Both the position numbers and the translations under genes were made by a program. A DNA stretch of 64,000 bases, taken from contig MCFE01000293.1 in NCBI GenBank assembly GCA_002104905.1, positions 37,931 to 101,930 on the forward strand, read 5' to 3'. The first letter of the stretch is position 1. Each line of letters opens with the position of its first letter. A model generated the notes under the pieces. The model had not been told where the DNA came from. It was given only the letters and a program-made list of their open reading frames with translations, and ran no database searches. The stretch comes from Basidiobolus meristosporus CBS 931.73 (Eukaryota > Fungi > Basidiobolomycota). This document shows positions 52,318 to 64,000 of the stretch, piece after piece.

Positions 52318-52768
52318 ATTAAAATTGGTGGATGATTGTATGGAGGCGGTTGAATTGATTTGGTGCAATCTGCATTATTTATCTGATTTTTAATTCATTA
52401 TGGTTAAATCTCCGTCAATTGCCATGTATCCCATCATCATGTCGCAAAAATCATCCGCAAACAATGCCTTGGTACTTTTATTGAGGCTTTAAGCATAGGT
52501 CTATAATCAAATAGGAAATCTGCAATTGATGTGATCTGATCTGTGTCAATGCAATCCAAGATGCATCATGCATAATATATGGAAAATTCAACAATCACAT
52601 TAGTTTTCATATATATTTCATATAAGACCAGGTTGATGCCAATATACTGCTGTATAAGTATCCAAATCCATTGCTATGGTCCCCATACCAATCCTCAACT
52701 CATCTTTAGTACAACCCAGATGAAACCCATCCCCCAGCTCACAAGCGCGGTCCGGACCGGAAAAGTCA

Positions 52769-53897
52769 ATGTTGGATCCATTTGAGTTCTTGCCAAATGA
52801 ATTTAGTATGGCCTAAGTGTCTATGATGAGCCTTCATACAGATATTTGGGCACTACCAATTAATCTAGCTGAACTAGATACCTCAGAGAGTCAACAAAGA
52901 TAGAAGATTTGAGTAGAAAGCTGTGGCATGAGTTCTACATCAAGATGCCAGCCAATGTATGTAAGAAGATATGTAACAAGACAAGTATTGAAGTCAAGAA
53001 TGAGATGAGAGTGAGAGGATTTGATGACAAAGCTGCATGGGAATGATTTTGCATGCAATTTGCACAGTACAGGCCGGACACATCCGTTTGTGCCTCAACT
53101 TTGGGAACCAAAGAGATTTTGAATGAGTTTTTGCCTCAAATGACTAATGTACTACGTGATATATTAGTAGAGATAAGTGGCTTCTGAGAGCAATATACAC
53201 AGGACTCATCCAGGCAACAGCTCCAAAGTATCAGTCAGAGGGTAAGTGAATACCTTGAGGAATCAGATGGTGAGCTTCAGGAGGAAGAATACAGACCGCA
53301 AGCAACATTGTCCAGATTGCGCCAGCATGCCTTGCTGGATTCCCTACCATCTCTTGCAACCACAGCGCACCGGCGCACGTCAGTCCAGACCATGCCAACA
53401 CCCTTTACTAGAACGCCCCGCATAGAGTCAATGCGTGCGCTTCAGTGCAAAACACAAGAACTTGCCAAACTGCTCATATAGACACAAGTCCATTGGAGCG
53501 GACCGAGTTATGTCAGCATGCAGCATCACATCAAACTCAGCCAAGGGCCATCTCAACGTGTTAAGGCGCGCCTGCGTGTGCCATTTTGCCTGACCATCAG
53601 CAAGTTACTTCTGGTGAACTGACTGATGATGACCAACATGAAGTGCCTCAACCACCGGAGCCCTTGGCAAGTAAAAGAACGCGTCAGCGCGTGGCACTAC
53701 AGGCCAGTTCAGTTGGAGCAAGTCAGCGTGGCCAAGCTGCAGCATTGCACTCATCAACTAGGAGGCAAAATACTGACTACAAATACACAAGTAGCCAAGA
53801 TGATAGTCAGCCAGGAAGTAGTATAGGTGTGCAAAGTGAGTCACTACCAAATGCTTCAGTAGTAATCCCTGTGAGAAAAAAACCCAGGAGAAGATGA
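52769..53897 (+). pseudogene. P-family accessory gene, unknown function, exon structure uncertain
   Basis: Begins MLDPF in P2, P3 and P4. The P3 copy has a 1-bp deletion and stops. The downstream frame ending RKKPRRR-stop is open in P1 and P3. Confidence 0.6.
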
Positions 53898-54899
53898 TGC
53901 AAACGCTTTGAATTGCTCAGATTTGTAATGATCCCAACAACCCATTTTTTTTGCGATCCAAATTGAGCCATTGCAAATCAGTGATCATCAAATTTTTGAT
54001 GTAAGTAATATCAAGGTTGTCTCACATTTGAGACAGAACCCCTATCAATAAACACCCTGCATATATATACATCATCTGTAATACCAGTGCAGCTATTGGA
54101 TCTGTTTTGCACCTACACAATTGCTTGTGTGCTAGCTATGACACCTTGTCCAATCACTAGGATCAGGGATTTACTTGCTCAATGGGCAAAATGGGATATT
54201 TGATGGCAAATCAGGTAGCTTTTTTAGTAGTCAATGAGCTAATTGGAGGCTGCCAGCTTCAGGATACTTTTGGACCAATTAACCACTGAGATACTGTCCA
54301 ATTAGAGTGAGGGTAACCAAAATGGTAAGTATCAGTGTTGTTTATAGTGTGATACACATTTATTTCCATTTACATTAAAGAAACATATCCAAATACCGGA
54401 TTTTACCTGCCATAATAGTGGTATCCAATCATGCACGTGATGCAAACACTACAAGTTGGCGCAATCATCTGTGCCAACCTCATTGTGTCAGATTGTGCCA
54501 TAGTGTGCGAGATTGTCCCGCATAGTGCAAAATTGTCCAAGAACAATCCTGCCTTCTGGTAGCTATAATATCACGCCTGATTGTTCTTTACAACTGCGGA
54601 TTGCGCCGCACACCCTGGCATGGTACAATGGAACAAGTCTAATGTCTCAAATACAAAACTGTCTTAAGTTCACATGAGTATTAACCAAAAAGTGACATAA
54701 TAGTGTTACACTGTTGAAGGTCAAACTGCTTGCCCCATGGACAAGACTACTTTGACTCAACGGCATAAGAGAAGAGAAAAAAGACCAAATAGCTATTTTG
54801 GCAAGCCTCTCAGCCATGAAGCATGCAGACAGCATAGGAAGTACTACTAGGATCATGGCCAGTGCCTTGACACCCAAGTGTTTTTTGACCATTCATTGG

Positions 54900-57320
54900 T
54901 CACTACTGTACCAACAGTATCTTGCCGGCCAGTTGATACTTCTATAATGGCACCTAGCTGTCTTTGTCACCTTGCACAAACTGAGTCAGGTGAGCTTGTG
55001 AAGCCTTTAGGCTCACCTCAGCCTTCTGAATATGGCATGCATAGTGATAGCTCTGACAAAGAATGTTCACTAATGTATTTTGAGCCTATCTCCCTCAAAA
55101 ACAGTCCTACATATGAGCCCAGTCATATCCCTATATGCAATGAGACAACAATTGTTTAAACAAATGCCAAGGATACTTTATGGAGCCAAGTGAGCCCAGT
55201 AATGCATCTACTGGTGAATGATGTAATGTTGTGGCTAGAGAAGTGGCACATATCCACTAATATCAGTAATGGGGGCTTTGAGAATTTATTACTACTTCTT
55301 GCCAAAATCATATTGGGATGCAACTTACCATGTGCATAGTACAAGTGAACAGCTGTCATGTGGCTGGCAACATATGATCAAAAGACCATCCTGATTCCAG
55401 CATGTGTTTACAGTTGCATGGCATTCACAACCAAAAATGTTACCATTGCAACATGTCCAAATTGTCAGGAATCCATGACCATTGAGGGAAAACATTGTTC
55501 ATACTCCGGATATACTCTAGTCATACCCCATCTGAGGAAGCTGATGCAGTCCAACAAATATTGCACAGCTATACAGTACTGCACTCAGTATCAATCAAGT
55601 GCAAATATATCCAATATATTTGATGGCAAACATTACAAACAGCTAAGAAGCAAGGGCAACTTTGAAGGTATGAATGATCATGCCTTTGCTTTAGCACTTG
55701 ATGGATTCTCATTAAACAAGTTCTCTACCAGCAAATCCTGCTGGCCACTGATTCTCTTCTATCTGAATCTGCTGCACATCTTACAGTATCAGAGCAATAA
55801 TCTGATGGTAGTCTTACTGGTATATGGTCCTAAATCACCATCCAACCAGGATAGCTACCTGTATCCGTTGCTGGATGAATTCTTTATGCTTTCCAGCAGG
55901 ATAATGATAAATGGCATTCATGTAATAGTGCATATTATTAGCTGCATTGGAGATACCCCAGCCATCAGCAAAATAGCAGGTTTTTTTGTGCACAATGGAT
56001 GGTATTACTGTTGAATATGTGAGATCCAGGGGATTTACTCCATAACTCACACACATTATTATTACCCAAGCACCAGCACTAAGAACATCAAATTTCCACA
56101 GAGAGAATGTACAAAAGTTAGCATGCAATTGCAGCAAAGGTGGCAAGCTATAAGCCATAGGCCGGAATATGCAATTAATTGGAAACTAGAGATACTTAAG
56201 ATTGAGGGTATCTGTTGGAGCAAAATCTTTCCACTGGGAGCAATGCATTTGCTTTCAACAATATCCCTATACTAATGACCAAGTTGTATATAAGGCATTT
56301 CAATCTAAATGAGCTCTTTGAGGTACCAGAGAAATTTGAAAGAACTGGCAAGATATTACAGATTGTCTGCTACCCCAAGTACTTCTGATGTGCTCCAATT
56401 AATATTCCTATGCATATGCAACATTAGAAATGCAGAGACTAGATGAACTGGACATGTATTTATTCAATTGGTGCTCTGAAGCCATTCCTACCAAGAGTAC
56501 ATGGTAAGCATTGGGAGTCATATGGGGACATTGTAGGAATATTTATCCAGAAGTGGATCACCAATGCCAACTTGATGCATATACAGCTGTTGTGTGAGGA
56601 GTTTGTGACAGGATTTGAGCGGCTGTACTACATATATAAAGCTGAACACATAGATCTCTGCCGCTACTGTATTCATTCTCTACTCCATCTTGCATGCCGT
56701 GTGGAGAATATTGGGCCTTGTTTCATCTTTTGGGAGTTTCCTATGGAGTGGATGTGTGGGGAGATAGGAAGTCAAGTCAAGTCACAGGTACTACTATATC
56801 CCACTCTCATCAAGAATATTACCTTCAGGTCTGTCATGGATGTGATGAGTTGGCACATGGAGGACAGCCAGAAAGAGTTGGAAAATACTGAGGACAAATG
56901 TGCACATGGAGACACCTATGCCTATGGCATTAAGAAGCTAAGCAGCCCCAATGAGTGGGTAATCAGTTAAGTAATGCAAAGTTGGGTTGGGTGCAACAAG
57001 CAACCAATTTTTATCAGGTAAACTCTACTAAGATATGCTGGATTTCTCATGGTCACAAGCCAACTTCTACACCATTCAATATGGAATTCACACAAACAAA
57101 AGCCAGAGCACACCTATAAGGGGGGCTAGAATCCAGCAGGGAGAAGGAATATATTGGCTAAATACCAAGAATTTCTTTGCAGATATTCAGGAGTTATTCA
57201 TGGCAGAAGTGGCAACAGCCAAGCATATGTTTGCAAGATGTATACGTTACCAGCAGTACAAGGTATATGGCAACTTTGCAAGTATCACACTAAAAAGCTC
57301 TAAGATGAGGAGATAGAAGT
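54900..57320 (+). pseudogene. EnSpm/CACTA tnp2 (Transposase_21)-type transposase, disrupted
   Basis: NIFDGKHY, LALDGFS, CWPLILFYLNL, GPKSP, YLYPLLDEF, GDTPAISK, AMHL, HSLLHL and WEFPME motifs. 5' boundary approximate. Confidence 0.9.
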
Positions 57321-58597
57321 ATGTCAATTGTGGCAGGTGTGTGCATTTGGAAAGATTAGTAAGCAGGAGGCCATGGTTTTTTTTGATTTGACCATATGTG
57401 GAATACCCAAGGTAGTAGTGGGTAAGCAAATAAAGAGGGGTGATTATACAGTGGAATATATGAATTGCACAAGGGGAGGTAGAAAAGGAAATACCATTTG
57501 GTAAATAGGTACAGTAGCATTATACAGAACCAGCTGTAGGCCATCATAGTGCTGATATAATGCCATCAGAGTCTTGCTGTGAAGCTGTCAAAATACCATC
57601 AAGTTTCTTGCCATATATGGCAATTGGATGTCCTGGCCAACTGGATCCACTTAAAATAGTTATAGAGTGCAAAAAGGCCACAACAATACCATGCAAATAT
57701 TGTCACAGCACCAAAAAAATATTGTCAAGTTTTATCCCTTTATTTAATTGTAACATTAGCAAAACACTATTACAATCCCATTATAAAATTGTTAGGAGAG
57801 TTGCTAACTCCAAGCTGCCGGTATTATGAGGGTCTCTAAACAGGATCCTGACAGTGGATCCAGATTGGATCAACCCACAGGACCAAATTATTCTTCATAA
57901 GGAGTTGATTCATTTGGATAACTTCTCTATGTATCCATTAAGGCGCAGAGTCATTTACTTCAATTATAAGTTGCTTTATGAGGTAAAAGTGATGACCTTT
58001 ACTGGGCCAAGTCATTTATGCCTGATCCAGATTATACTTGTTTTTTAGCATTGTGACATCCATATCATGGTCAAAAAAATATTTTTGCTCAACCCTCAGC
58101 TGGGATGGCCTACTGCCACTTAAAACACATCTGTTTAGAGATTCAGATCCACAAAAAAAGATCAAGAATTGTCATCTTTTTATATACATCATTCTTTGGA
58201 CTGATTACTTCATTTATGGTAGATTTAAAATCCTTCTGCTTCTTAATTTACCCAGTTTGGTATCAGACAATACCATAGGTTGTTTAGTAGCTGCTCAAAG
58301 AGTGCTTCTACTGATTTGGTTTGATACAGCTGCTTTTGTGTTATCAGAATATATTTGTAGAAATGCAGTTGACAGTGTTCCAGAAGTGATATTGTCCTTA
58401 CCAAAGGCATTAATTATCCTAATTCTCCTGATATTTATTTTCAACCTTAAGCTTGGTTTGCAAAGCTAACTGATCTTCTCAGTGTTGTCAGAATCCATAA
58501 AGGTTGTCTGGTCAATTCTTGCAACTTTTTCTTTCAGTTCCATAGGCAGCAGACATCAAGACTTCTGCATTAAATAATCTGCCCCAATATATCCAAT

Positions 58598-60975
58598 AGA
58601 CTTGTTCCATTGGTTAGTGCCACATAGTGCCAGCCAGTTTATAGTGCCAGATTGATCTGGCACCCTAATTTCTACCATAATGCCAGTGGTATAATACAGT
58701 TACTGGTATTCTTACTCAATCTTAATTATATTGCTTAGAACAGTGCTCTTCTTGCTCTATTCACTCTTCATAGTTCTCCAGACACATTTCTCTCAGTGGA
58801 TGTCTTCTTGTGTGAATATACTGTGCAGTAATAGGTATCTCAGCTATTTTACCTATTCTGCTGTTTTCTCCTATATATGACTTTCCTCTGCATTTACCTG
58901 CTAATATGCGGAAGCTCTTTAGATTTTCAAACATATGGTCTACACTCACTCTGAAATGATCAAATATCGGAATGTAGAGCTTCTGCTTCCTGCTAAGCAC
59001 ATCATTCCTCGGCTTTCTATGAGCTGTGATACATCCTAATCTCTGATAATCCACTCCAATATAAGCTAAGTCTGCCATACATTTCTCCCTCCTATTGAAT
59101 ACTGGATGATTCTCTACCTAGAGTGCTTTGTCATGCCCACTTCCAGCAAATGGCCCTCTAAGCCAGATGATGTTACCCTTTATGTCAGACAGTGCCTGAA
59201 ACCTCACACAGTGTGCCTTGTATTTGCCCAAATAAAAGTGCCTCTACCCTTTAGAAGGTCTGTTAATCCTAACTGGGAAGGCATCCAAAATACTCCCAAT
59301 ATGGAACCTATTACTGAACACTCTGGGATATAGATGTCTATAGAAGCTTCTGAACCTAATATTCCAAGTTTGCTCTAAGTCTTTCATACCCTTTGTAAGA
59401 TGGTTTTCCATTTGCTGTCAGCAGGGAATGAAAGCTTCTGGGACTTTTGTTGCCATGGATGGTGGGATGAAACCTTGTAGGGCAATAATTCTTGTAATAG
59501 CAGAGAAGCTTAACAAGGGATCTCCTTGAGTAGATTGGTGTAGATGGTCTACAGTACTTGGTATAGATCTCCTTTGAGGTATCCTAAGGAAATCCAGTTG
59601 TAGTGATGGGATTGATGAGAAAAGACCATTCAGATAGGTAAGTCATATTAAAATTGGCACAGGATGAGGTACATGTGATATGACTTGATTTGGTGCAATC
59701 AACTTAATTTATCCAATTTTCCATGCATTGTGATGAAATCTCCAATTGCCATGTATCCCATCTTTATGTTGCAAAAATCATTCTCAAACAATGCCTTAGT
59801 GATTTTATTGATGATTAATCACAAGTCTATAATCAAATAGGAAATCTGCAATTGATGTCATCTGATCTGTGTCAATGCAATCCAAGATGCATCATGCTCA
59901 ATATATAGAAAATTCAGCAATCACATTAATTTTCATATATACTTCATATAAGACCAGGCTGATGCCAATCTACTACTGCATAAGTATGCAATTCCATCAC
60001 TATGGTCCCTATACCAAGTCTCAACTCATCTTTAGTACAACCCAGACAATACTCACCCCTAGCTGACAAGCACGGTATGGACTAAAAAAGTCAATGTTGG
60101 ATCCATTCAAGTTCTTGCCAAATGGTTTTAGTAAGGCCCAAATGTCCATGATAAGCCTTCCTACAGATATTTGGGCTCTACTCATTAATCTAGCAGAACT
60201 GGATACCTCAGAGAGTCAACTGAGATGGAATAATCCAAGTAGAAAGCTGTGGCATGAGCTCTACATCAAGATGCCAGCAGATGTATGTAAGAAGATATAT
60301 AACAATACAAGTACTGAAATCAAGAATGAGCTTAGAGTCAGGGGATTTAACAAGGAAGCTGCATGCAAACAATTCTGCATGTTATTTGCACAGTATGGGC
60401 TGGGCATGTCTGTTTGTGCCTCACCTTAGGGAACCAAAGAGAATTTGAATGAGTTTTTGCCTCAAATGACTAATGTACTACATATTAGTAGAGCTAAGTG
60501 GCTTCCAAGTGCAATATACTCAGGACCTATCAAGGCAACAGCTCTAAAGTATCAGCCAGAGGGTAAGTGGATACCTTGAGGAAGCAGAGGGTGAGTATCA
60601 AGAGGAAGAATGCAGACTGTGAGCAACAGCATCCTGATTGCACTAGCATGCCTTGCTGGACTCCTTACCATCCCTGCAACACTGGCATGCTGGTGCATGT
60701 CAGTCCATTCTATGCCAACACCCTTCACAAGTGCACCCCTTGTCAAGTTGACATGCATCAGATCAACATGCACACTTCAGAAAAAACTACCAGAACTTGC
60801 CAAACTACTCATTTAGACACAAGTCCATTGGAGCAGGCCAAATCACATCAACATGTAATATCAAATTGAACTCAGCCAAGGACAATGCCAATGTCTCAAG
60901 TTGCACCTGTGCATGTCATTTCACCTGACCATCAGCAAGTTACTTCTGCTGAACTGACTGACAATGACCCACATG
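58598..60975 (-). mobile_element. P4: truncated, degraded P copy
   Basis: TIR at 58598 preceded by AAT. Transposase remnants at 58761-59640 and accessory gene from ~60094. The second TIR is absent. Confidence 0.9.
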
Positions 60976-61146
60976 AATAATCTGTTGCAATATTCTGAGA
61001 AGTGAATGCTAATCACAGAATAAGATCTATGTGACTAAGTTAGCATGACTATTTAGGTGACAACTTAATAATTTTGACAAAAAGGCCATCACAAAACCTA
61101 AATATCATCACCAACAGGTATTGATGCCATCAGTACACCATGTAAA

Positions 61147-64000
61147 TGTTGTGAAAATTTGTATTTCCACCTAAATATTAACCTAACTTAGTCACTTAGA
61201 TCATTACCTTCATATCCTAGAGAATACTAAACAAATTCCTTGTTGGGATTTACTTAGAATATTTTCACCAAAATACCAGGTACCCAGAACATGAAAATTC
61301 TTGAAGTTGTCCAAACAGCCCCAAACTTTGCACACATGCTCTTGGGACCTTCCTTAACCTATTCTACATGCTTGCAATGCCAAGACCATGTAAAAGTATG
61401 AATACTACTTTTACATTCAATAGATCATTAAGTGAAAACCACATAATCTACTTGCTCTCCAAATCACTTCCAATATCTCCAAGACTCTTACAACAGGTTA
61501 TGAGCCCCAAGCTGTCACTCTCTGCAATGTCTACTACTGCTATTACTATAATTTTTCCCTCTGATGAAAAGTTGGATGGATCTAACTACCAAGTGTGGAA
61601 GGTGAAGATGAAGATGCTGCTGCAAGAAAGAGGCCTTTGGGATATTGTCATGGGAGAAGAATGTCCTCCTAAAAGTGTGGGAGAGGAAGCCTTAAAATAC
61701 CAGAAGAAAGAACAAAGTGCCTTTAACTGCACTTGCCTTAATGTTAAAGACAAATTGCTAATTCAATGCTCAAGAGCAAAAACAGCAAAGAATGCCTGGA
61801 AGGCATTAGATGACACCTACCAGTCATGTTCAGCTGCTAAGAAAATGTATCTGAGACAAAAATTCCTTACTACAAAGATGCTGCCAGGAGAAGAAATGAA
61901 AAATCTAATTAGCAGAAATGCCCTGCTGGTAGATGAGATGGAATCTGTGGGTGTACCAACTACTGATGAGGATGTGATAGTTACCATCCTGAATAGCCTG
62001 ACAGACATGTTTCAGGGCCTTGTATCAGCCCTAGAGTCCAAAACTGAAGATTTGACCTTGAATTACATATATGGAAGGCACCTGGATGAAGAATTAAGAA
62101 AATCAAGCGCCAATAAGAAGGAAGAAGAAAATGCTTTAATAAGCAATGATAACCAACAAAGAAGGTACCCAAGACCCTACAAAGGCAACAGCAACCTGTT
62201 TTGTAACTACTGCTGAAGGAAAGGACACACATTAGACTGGTGTCTCAAAAAGAAAGATAATCAGCAAAAGAAACCTGAATATGGAAATGCTGCAACAACT
62301 GAAGATAGACTATTCATATCTGCACTAAATATGACCACAAACAAGGACTCTCAGATGTGGTATATTGACTCTGGAGCATCTCAACACTTTACACACCAAA
62401 AAGAACTTTTACCCAATATCAAGAAATTCCAATTAAGAAGGTTTTCATGGGTGACAATAGAACACTTTATGCAGTGGGAGAAGGAACTATCCAAGCAAAC
62501 CTTAGAAGTAGTGAAGGAAGCCAAACACTGACCTTTAAAGAAGTACTCTATGTACCAGAAATAGCCAAGAACCTACTCTCTATAAGCAAGGCCACAGCAG
62601 AAGGACTCAGTTTCAGTTTTGACAATTCTGGATGCAGGATCCCTGATCAAAATGGTGCCCATATAGCTTTGGGCATCAGAGATCAGAATCTATACAAGTT
62701 GACTTATATTCCATCATATCTGGAAGCCAATATAAGTAACTTAAATGAAGAAACACCAATGCTTTGGCACAGGAGATTTGGACACATCAATTTTGATTAT
62801 TTGCGTAAAATGATCAAAGATCAGCTAATTTCTGGAGTGAAAACTGATCCCCCAGCTAATTTGGAGCACTGTAAAGCCTGCATATATGGGAAACAAGCCA
62901 GACAACCATTCAAGAGCTCTAGGTTAATCAAAACTAAGAAAAAATCAGATCTAATTCACTCAGATCTGTGTGGACCATTGCAAAATTTATCCTTAGGCGG
63001 GATGAAGTATTTAATCTCTTTGATTGATGATTATACAAGATACACATGGGTCTACTTCATGGAGAGAAAGGAGGAAGCTCTGTCTAAGCTCAGGGAGTTT
63101 AAAGCCATGGTGGAGAGAGAAACTGGTGAAAAAATCAAGAAAATATGCTCTGACAATGGTGGAGAATATACCTCAAAACTCTTCATCCACTTCTGTAAAA
63201 TTCATGGGATAAAGCAAGAGACTATTGTACCATACTCCCCCAACAAAATGGAGTAGCAGAACGTGCTAACAGATCAAAAGTTGATAAGGCAAGATCTATG
63301 ATCCATGATCAAAAATTATCCTATGATTTTTGGGTGGAATCAGTTGCCACTGCTGTATACCTTAAAAATAGGAGTTATAACAGAATACCTTGTGATTCTA
63401 CTCCATTTGAAGCATGGTATGGATACAGACCAAGTGCAGAACATATAAGAATATTTGGGTGTACATCATTTGCCAAAAAACTGGCCGGAAATCAGCCAAA
63501 ATTTGAGCCAAAAATTGTAAATGCATATTGCTGGGCTACTGCAATGAGAGTAAAGCATAGAGACTCTACAATACTAAAGCAAAGAAGCTAATCAAGTCCA
63601 GGGATGTGTTGTTTGATGAAAATTCAAAATTTTCACAAAAAATGACATCAGATGATGACAAAAATTTGATCTCAAGTCCACCAATTGTCAGGATTGAATC
63701 AGAGCAAAACAATGAAAACTTTTCACTCCAGAGGACTCTACATCATGGTTCAGCCTGAATCAGTGCCCAGGAATATCCCAGAAGTGATCATTCCAGTATC
63801 AAATGCCCAGAGATCCAATTGGACAAGAAATAGCCCAAATTACTATATCAATGAGGGTACAAACTTAGCCTATGCCTATTCAGTCCATATTGATGAACCC
63901 CCAGACTGTAAAAGAGGCCCTAAATAGCCCTCAGATAAAGTTTTGGAGATCTGCAATGACTGAGGAATAATCAGGCCCTGATGGAAAATCAAACTTGGGA
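61147..64000 (+). mobile_element. C1b: copia element, 5' part, runs off the window
   Basis: 5' LTR 61147-61495, PBS GGTTATGAGCCC (61496-61507), then gag/protease/integrase sequence closely similar to C1a with different lesions. Confidence 0.95.

Larger units (their letters stand above)
51250..54640 (-). mobile_element. P3: complete 3391-bp PHIS-type (PIF/Harbinger-ISL2EU) element
   Basis: Perfect 15-bp TIR AGACTTGTTCCATTG / CAATGGAACAAGTCT. TSD AAT. The empty site GGTGCAATGTCTC is seen in E5. Confidence 0.95.
48759..57902 (+). mobile_element. E3: TSD-bounded CMC/EnSpm-type DNA transposon, ~5.75 kb without the nested P3
   Basis: Starts CCCTATGAGAAA, ends TTCTTCATAAGG, with 3-bp TSD AGT (48756-48758, 57903-57905). 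Carries two divergent genes. Confidence 0.92.

Noticed and set aside
1-64000. tRNA, rRNA or other structured RNA genes
   Set aside because: No cloverleaf or rRNA-like sequence was recognised by eye. The tRNA-complementary 12-mers are PBS sites. tRNAscan-SE or Infernal would be needed to exclude them.

Overview
Eukaryotic, most likely fungal, DNA; the species cannot be determined. Positions 1-~4.9 kb are a short gene-containing stretch with normal CpG content. It holds two spliced minus-strand genes: a TFIIIC subunit 6 (GTF3C6/Sfc7-like) gene and a Nif1/Dsf2-like SEL1-repeat gene. From ~5 kb to the end is a strongly CpG-depleted block of nested transposons. Its components are: (i) a CMC/EnSpm-type DNA transposon family (E) with CCCTA...TAGGG ends, a 3-bp TSD and two divergent genes, one copy being TSD-bounded at 48759-57902; (ii) a 3.4-kb PIF/Harbinger-ISL2EU (PHIS)-type family (P) with 15-bp TIRs, a 3-bp TSD, a DDE_Tnp_4 transposase and a divergent accessory gene; (iii) two Ty1/copia families (C1, C2) with an internal tRNAiMet-type PBS; (iv) a Ty3/gypsy family (G) stacked into itself; (v) two orphan solo-LTR families, a MITE and a probable Plavaka fragment. 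Nearly all TE ORFs are pseudogenised. The exception is the P3 transposase (51442-52317), which is open and contains no CpG. The best leads are that CpG-free transposase, the two uncharacterised accessory genes, an 804-bp LTR family found at GCGC/GCGG sites, and a duplicated EnSpm-copia junction. All boundaries and alignments were done by eye; no database searches were run.
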